From Dickeya dadantii NCPPB 898 (GTDB taxonomy: Bacteria; Pseudomonadota; Gammaproteobacteria; Enterobacterales; Enterobacteriaceae), in contig NZ_CM001976.1 of the NCBI RefSeq assembly GCF_000406145.1, positions 2,531,067 to 2,563,066 of the forward strand: a stretch of 32,000 nt of DNA, written 5' to 3'. The position numbers and the translations under genes are program-made. The notes below the pieces were generated by a model. The model worked only from the letters and a program-made list of their open reading frames with translations. It had not been told where the DNA came from and searched no databases. How positions within the stretch are numbered: position 1 is the stretch's first letter; every line of letters starts with the position of its first letter. Positions 27,846-32,000 of this stretch are shown here, in pieces.

Positions 27846-27926
27846 GTTGACAATATACCAATTTCGCTCGTTCTGAAAGTCTTTCGTCGGCAATTGCGGA
27901 GCGTTGTCGGCTTTCACCGGCCTCAA

Positions 27927-27957
27927 AGACGAAAAGAGGGAGACAAGCTCCCTCTTT
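27927..27957 (-). terminator. Intrinsic terminator after rplT
   Basis: The minus strand reads AAAGAGGGAG-CTTGT-CTCCCTCTTT followed by TCGTCTTT. It lies 9 nt after the rplT stop. Confidence 0.8.
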
Positions 27958-27965
27958 CATCTGAC

Positions 27966-28340
<375 letters not shown>

Positions 28341-28365
28341 TTATTCTGAATTAAAAAAAGGTTAC

Positions 28366-28584
<219 letters not shown>

Positions 28585-28659
28585 TTAAACAATGAATCAG
28601 ATAAGGCGAACAAAAACCGCGCTACACGAAGGCAGCGCGGAACGTGTTACTTGAATGCC

Positions 28660-29202
28660 TTACTGTTTCTTCTTCGGTGCCAGCACCATAATCATCTGAC
28701 GCCCTTCGATCTTACTAGGGAACGACTCAACGACAGACAATTCATTCAGATCGTCACGAATGCGATTAAGCATTTCGATGCCGATCTGCTGGTGTGCCAT
28801 TTCACGGCCGCGGAAACGCAGCGTGATTTTAGCTTTGTCACCATCTTCCAGAAAGCGAACCAGGTTGCGTAGTTTGACCTGATAGTCGCCATCATCGGTA
28901 CCAGGCCGGAATTTGATTTCCTTGACCTGAATAACTTTTTGTTTCTTCTTCTGTTCTTTAGTGGCCTTACTCTTCTCATAGAGGAACTTGCCGTAATCCA
29001 TGATTCGGCAAACCGGCGGCTCGGCGTTCGGGCTGATTTCAACTAAATCAACACCTGCTTCCTCAGCTTTCTCTAACGCTTCATTCAGGCTGACAATACC
29101 AAGCTGTTCGCCATCAACGCCCGTCAGACGTACCTCTTGTGCGCGAATTTCTCTGTTGATGCGATTAGGACGCGCCGGTTGAACTCGTTTTCCGCCTTTA
29201 AT
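28660..29202 (-). CDS. infC: Translation initiation factor IF-3 (ATT start codon)
   Basis: The track shows only the part from an internal Met (28660-29001). Reading upstream in frame gives ATT AAA GGC GGA AAA CGA GTT CAA CCG GCG CGT CCT AAT CGC ATC AAC = (M)[15 protein letters not shown], the IF3 N-terminus. ATT lies at 29200-29202 and the total length is 180 aa, as in E. coli. Confidence 0.9.
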   Translation of the reverse strand: MKGGKRVQPARPNRINREIRAQEVRLTGVDGEQLGIVSLNEALEKAEEAGVDLVEISPNAEPPVCRIMDYGKFLYEKSKATKEQKKKQKVIQVKEIKFRPGTDDGDYQVKLRNLVRFLEDGDKAKITLRFRGREMAHQQIGIEMLNRIRDDLNELSVVESFPSKIEGRQMIMVLAPKKKQ

Positions 29203-29205
29203 ACC

Positions 29206-31134
29206 TTATTCCTCCAACTGATGAAGACTACGGCTGCGAATCTCTTCCTGCAGCTTCGTGATTACTTCACTGACGTCCAGACTTCCCAAGTCTTTGCCGC
29301 GGCGGGTACGGACAGCTACTTTGCCTGCCTCTACCTCTTTGTCGCCACAAACCAGCATATAGGGAACACGCCGTAAAGTGTGCTCGCGGATTTTAAAGCC
29401 AATCTTCTCATTTCTCAAGTCCGCTTTAACGCGAATCCCAGCATCTTGCAATTTTCTTGTCAATTCGCTGACATAATCAGACTGCGTATCGGTGATATTC
29501 ATCACCACAGCCTGCACCGGCGCCAACCAGGTTGGGAAGAAACCGGCAAACTCTTCGGTCAGAATCCCGATAAAACGCTCCATCGACCCCAGTATTGCCC
29601 GATGAATCATCACCGGCACCTGACGTTCGTTGTTTTCGCCGACATAGGATGCACTCAGGCGGCCCGGCAGCGAGAAGTCAAGCTGTACCGTACCACACTG
29701 CCAGGCGCGATCCAGACAGTCATGCAAAGTAAACTCGATTTTCGGACCGTAAAACGCGCCCTCACCCGGCTGATAGTCAAACGGAATGCCGTTTTCAGTC
29801 AGCGCCGCCGCCAGATCCTCTTCCGCCCGATCCCACATGTCATCGCTGCCGATGCGTTTTTCAGGACGCGTTGACAGTTTCACCACGATTTTTTCAAAAC
29901 CGAAGGTGCTGTACATGTCGTACACCATCTTGATGCAGCTATTCACTTCATCGCGCACCTGCTCTTCGGTACAGAAGATGTGGGCATCATCCTGCGTAAA
30001 ACCGCGCACACGCATCAAGCCATGCAGGGAGCCTGATGGCTCGTTACGGTGACAACTGCCGAACTCCGCCATACGCAGCGGCAGATCGCGGTAAGATTTC
30101 AGTCCCTGATTGAAGATCTGTACGTGACCAGGGCAGTTCATCGGCTTGATGCAGTATTCACGGTTTTCAGACGACGTCGTGAACATGGCCTCTTTATAGT
30201 TTTCCCAGTGGCCGGTTTTTTCCCACAGCACACGGTCCATCATGAACGGACCTTTTACTTCCTGATATTGATACTCTTTGAGCTTCATGCGCACAAAGGC
30301 TTCCAGCTCGCGGAAAATCGTCCAGCCATCGTTATGCCAGAACACCATACCCGGTGCTTCTTCCTGCATGTGATACAGGTCCAACTGCTTGCCGATTTTA
30401 CGGTGGTCGCGCTTGGCGGCTTCTTCAAGACGCTGCAGGTAAGCGCTCAGTTGTTTCTTATCTGCCCAGGCGGTACCATAAATACGCTGCAGCATTTTAT
30501 TCTTGCTGTCGCCGCGCCAGTAAGCGCCCGACGTTTTCTGCAGTTTAAAATGATGGCAGAAGCGCATGTTCGGTACGTGCGGCCCACGGCACATATCGAT
30601 ATATTCTTCGTGGTGATACAGCCCAGGGCGGTCATCATGGCTGATATTTTCATCCAGAATCGCCACCTTGTAGCTTTCGCCACGCGCCGCAAACGTATCA
30701 CGCGCTTCCTGCCAGCTGACTTTTTTCTTGATAACGTCGTAGTCTTTGCTCGCCAGTTCATGCATCCGCTTTTCAAGCAGGTCCAGATCTTCCTGAGTCA
30801 GGGTGCGGTCCAGATCAACGTCATAATAGAAACCGTTGTCGATAACCGGGCCAATCGCCATTTTGGTGTCCGGCCACAATTGCTTGATAGCATGACCGAG
30901 CAGGTGCGCGCAGGAATGACGAAGGATTTCTACACCATCTTCATCCTTGGCGGTAATAATGGACAACTGAGCATCAGATTCAATCAGATCGGTTGCATCG
31001 ACCAGTTCGCCATTGACCCGACCGGCGATACAGGCTTTCGCCAGACCCGGGCCGATATCCAATGCGACATCAAGAGGAGAAACGGCATGGTCATAATGAC
31101 GCTGGCTGCCGTCAGGAAGCGTAATAACAGGCAT
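29206..31134 (-). CDS. thrS: Threonine--tRNA ligase
   Basis: 642 aa from the ATG at 31134 ([47 protein letters not shown]...). SD AAGGGA upstream. The track start at 31167 adds 11 unsupported codons. Confidence 0.97.
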   Translation of the reverse strand: MPVITLPDGSQRHYDHAVSPLDVALDIGPGLAKACIAGRVNGELVDATDLIESDAQLSIITAKDEDGVEILRHSCAHLLGHAIKQLWPDTKMAIGPVIDNGFYYDVDLDRTLTQEDLDLLEKRMHELASKDYDVIKKKVSWQEARDTFAARGESYKVAILDENISHDDRPGLYHHEEYIDMCRGPHVPNMRFCHHFKLQKTSGAYWRGDSKNKMLQRIYGTAWADKKQLSAYLQRLEEAAKRDHRKIGKQLDLYHMQEEAPGMVFWHNDGWTIFRELEAFVRMKLKEYQYQEVKGPFMMDRVLWEKTGHWENYKEAMFTTSSENREYCIKPMNCPGHVQIFNQGLKSYRDLPLRMAEFGSCHRNEPSGSLHGLMRVRGFTQDDAHIFCTEEQVRDEVNSCIKMVYDMYSTFGFEKIVVKLSTRPEKRIGSDDMWDRAEEDLAAALTENGIPFDYQPGEGAFYGPKIEFTLHDCLDRAWQCGTVQLDFSLPGRLSASYVGENNERQVPVMIHRAILGSMERFIGILTEEFAGFFPTWLAPVQAVVMNITDTQSDYVSELTRKLQDAGIRVKADLRNEKIGFKIREHTLRRVPYMLVCGDKEVEAGKVAVRTRRGKDLGSLDVSEVITKLQEEIRSRSLHQLEE

Positions 31135-31245
31135 GTAAATTCCCTTATCTGCAGTGGTGAGCCACACGAAAGCTCACGTGCAAAAGATATTTGCGTTTGA
31201 TTTAGGTGGTCGGTGGAAAAGGATTTAACCCACAATTGTTAAATC
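31135..31245 (-). promoter_or_regulatory. thrS translational operator (tRNA-Thr anticodon-arm mimics)
   Basis: In the RNA sense, hairpin GUGAGC-UUUCGUGUG-GCUCAC (31157-31177) lies 22 nt upstream of the AUG and has CGU in its loop. A second hairpin, GAUUUAAC-AAUUGUGG-GUUAAAUC (31222-31245), has UGU in its loop. A small GCAAA/UUUGC hairpin sits between them. Confidence 0.55.
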
Positions 31246-31472
31246 AGTTCCGCCCTGTGGCATGGCGATGGTCACAGTGTGACAGTTCAACGGGATAGCG
31301 CGCCTATGCCTTAACCCGACGGCGTAGAGTAGCACCATGCTCCCGTGGATGCCACCCATCCGGTCAAAACAGGCGGCGGAAATACGAATTGGCATCATTG
31401 AGATACGGGCAAAGACCCGTCATTACTGCGGGTCTCGTTGATACCCTCGGCAGCATGCCGGAAGGCGGAGAA

Positions 31473-31763
31473 TCAGCGCTCAGGAATCATGTCCTTAAAC
31501 AGCGGATCAATCTCACTTTCCTTAATTTCCGGCAAGGCAACCGACTGCTCGGGAGCTGGCTCCTCCGCCTGTGTCGGCACTGGCGACAGCGCGTGCAACA
31601 GCGCGATTTGCTGTTTCTGCTGCTCGACAATTTCATGCAAAAGCTTGATCTGCTCATTAGCCCGCACACTGGCCCGATTGATAAAGAACCAAACCAGAAT
31701 TACCAGTAGCACAATCAGCGCGACAAAAACCACTTCCAGCATGTCTGAAGCAAAACTACTCAT
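31473..31763 (-). CDS. yebO: YebO family small membrane protein
   Basis: 96 aa with one TM segment followed by WFFINRASVRANEQIKLLHEIVEQQKQQIALL. This closely parallels E. coli YebO (WFFINRASSRTNEQIELLEALLDQQKRQNALL) as I recall it. Confidence 0.7.
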   Translation of the reverse strand: MSSFASDMLEVVFVALIVLLVILVWFFINRASVRANEQIKLLHEIVEQQKQQIALLHALSPVPTQAEEPAPEQSVALPEIKESEIDPLFKDMIPER

Positions 31764-31799
31764 GTCTAAAACCTGTTACGTAACCTGACTCAGGCGCGC

Positions 31800-31808
31800 A
31801 TTCTAGCA
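31800..31808 (-). promoter_or_regulatory. Candidate extended -10 promoter element for yebO
   Basis: The minus strand reads TGCTAGAAT (TGn + TAGAAT), 37 nt upstream of the yebO ATG. There is no convincing -35. Confidence 0.3.
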
Positions 31809-31873
31809 CTGTGCCGACAGACAATTCGACAGTCATGCCGCGATTCATGGTGCGGAAGACCGGGTTTCACCCA

Positions 31874-31900
31874 TAAAAAAGCCTGTCACCGGGACAGGCT
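31874..31900 (-). terminator. Intrinsic terminator of the gene entering from the right edge (kdgR)
   Basis: The minus strand reads AGCCTGTC-CCGGT-GACAGGCT followed by TTTTTTATGGG. It lies 29 nt after the TGA at 31929-31931. Confidence 0.75.
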
Positions 31901-31928
31901 TGGTCAAATTGTCGCACATCTTACGATT

Positions 31929-32000
31929 TCAGAACGGATAATCGTGGTATCCCATTTGATCGGAGATATTGCGCGCCGCTGTATGCAACATGGCGACATA
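31929..32000 (-). CDS. kdgR: IclR-family regulator, last 23 codons only; most likely KdgR
   Basis: Hand translation of the minus strand from the window edge gives YVAMLHTAARNISDQMGYHDYPF*. This matches the C-terminus I recall for E. coli KdgR (...YVAMLHTAARKISAQMGYHDYPF). It is too short for the ORF track. Confidence 0.55.
   Translation of the reverse strand, partial: YVAMLHTAARNISDQMGYHDYPF

Noticed and set aside
30049-31200. 383-aa plus-strand ORF opposite thrS
   Set aside because: Shadow ORF of thrS. It runs across the thrS start and operator and has no protein-like composition.
31271-31283. Palindrome GTCACA-G-TGTGAC upstream of the thrS leader
   Set aside because: The half-sites resemble CRP but are in the wrong orientation and spacing. 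It is 13 nt only and has no clear relation to a promoter.
31389-31788. Plus-strand ORFs of 106 aa (31389-31709) and 116 aa (31438-31788)
   Set aside because: Both are antisense to yebO, which has clear family similarity. Their translations are Cys/Ser/Leu-rich with no SD.

Overview
This is a chromosomal segment of a soft-rot Pectobacteriaceae-type enterobacterium. The gene content, especially the kdgF-kduI-kduD-pelW-togMNAB-kdgM-paeX cluster, points to Dickeya or Pectobacterium; the species cannot be fixed without a database search. I call 36 protein genes, two of them partial. Left to right: the 3' end of manX, then manY, manZ and yobD; a yybP-ykoY (Mn2+) riboswitch with mntP; rlmA(-), cspC(-) and a 38-aa yobF(-) that the ORF track misses. 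Next comes a ~1.07 kb AT-rich, ORF-poor spacer, then yniA and yniB(-), then the ~10.8 kb pectin/oligogalacturonide utilisation cluster. After that: a LexA box with ydjM, tcyP, osmE(-), nadE, a yddG-like exporter, and a perfect 33-bp NsrR-type palindrome with a ygbA-like gene. The minus strand then carries ihfA, pheT, pheS, the pheM leader and attenuator, rplT, rpmI, infC (ATT start), thrS with its tRNA-mimic operator, yebO and the last 23 codons of kdgR. I found no CRISPR array, tRNA, rRNA, transposase, integrase or phage genes. I also found no gene set that looks like an undescribed defence or other novel system. Every ORF with coding character is a recognisable housekeeping or pectinolysis gene, and the only accessory-like block is the already well-described KdgR-regulon cluster. 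The items most worth a second look are non-coding: the 1.07 kb orphan spacer at 5161-6225, four tandem 16-nt repeats in front of pheM, the nested or serial inverted repeats around kdgM, an ERIC-like element between kduI and kduD, and gene-order differences from E. coli K-12. All homology statements come from my own recognition of the translated sequences, not from a search.
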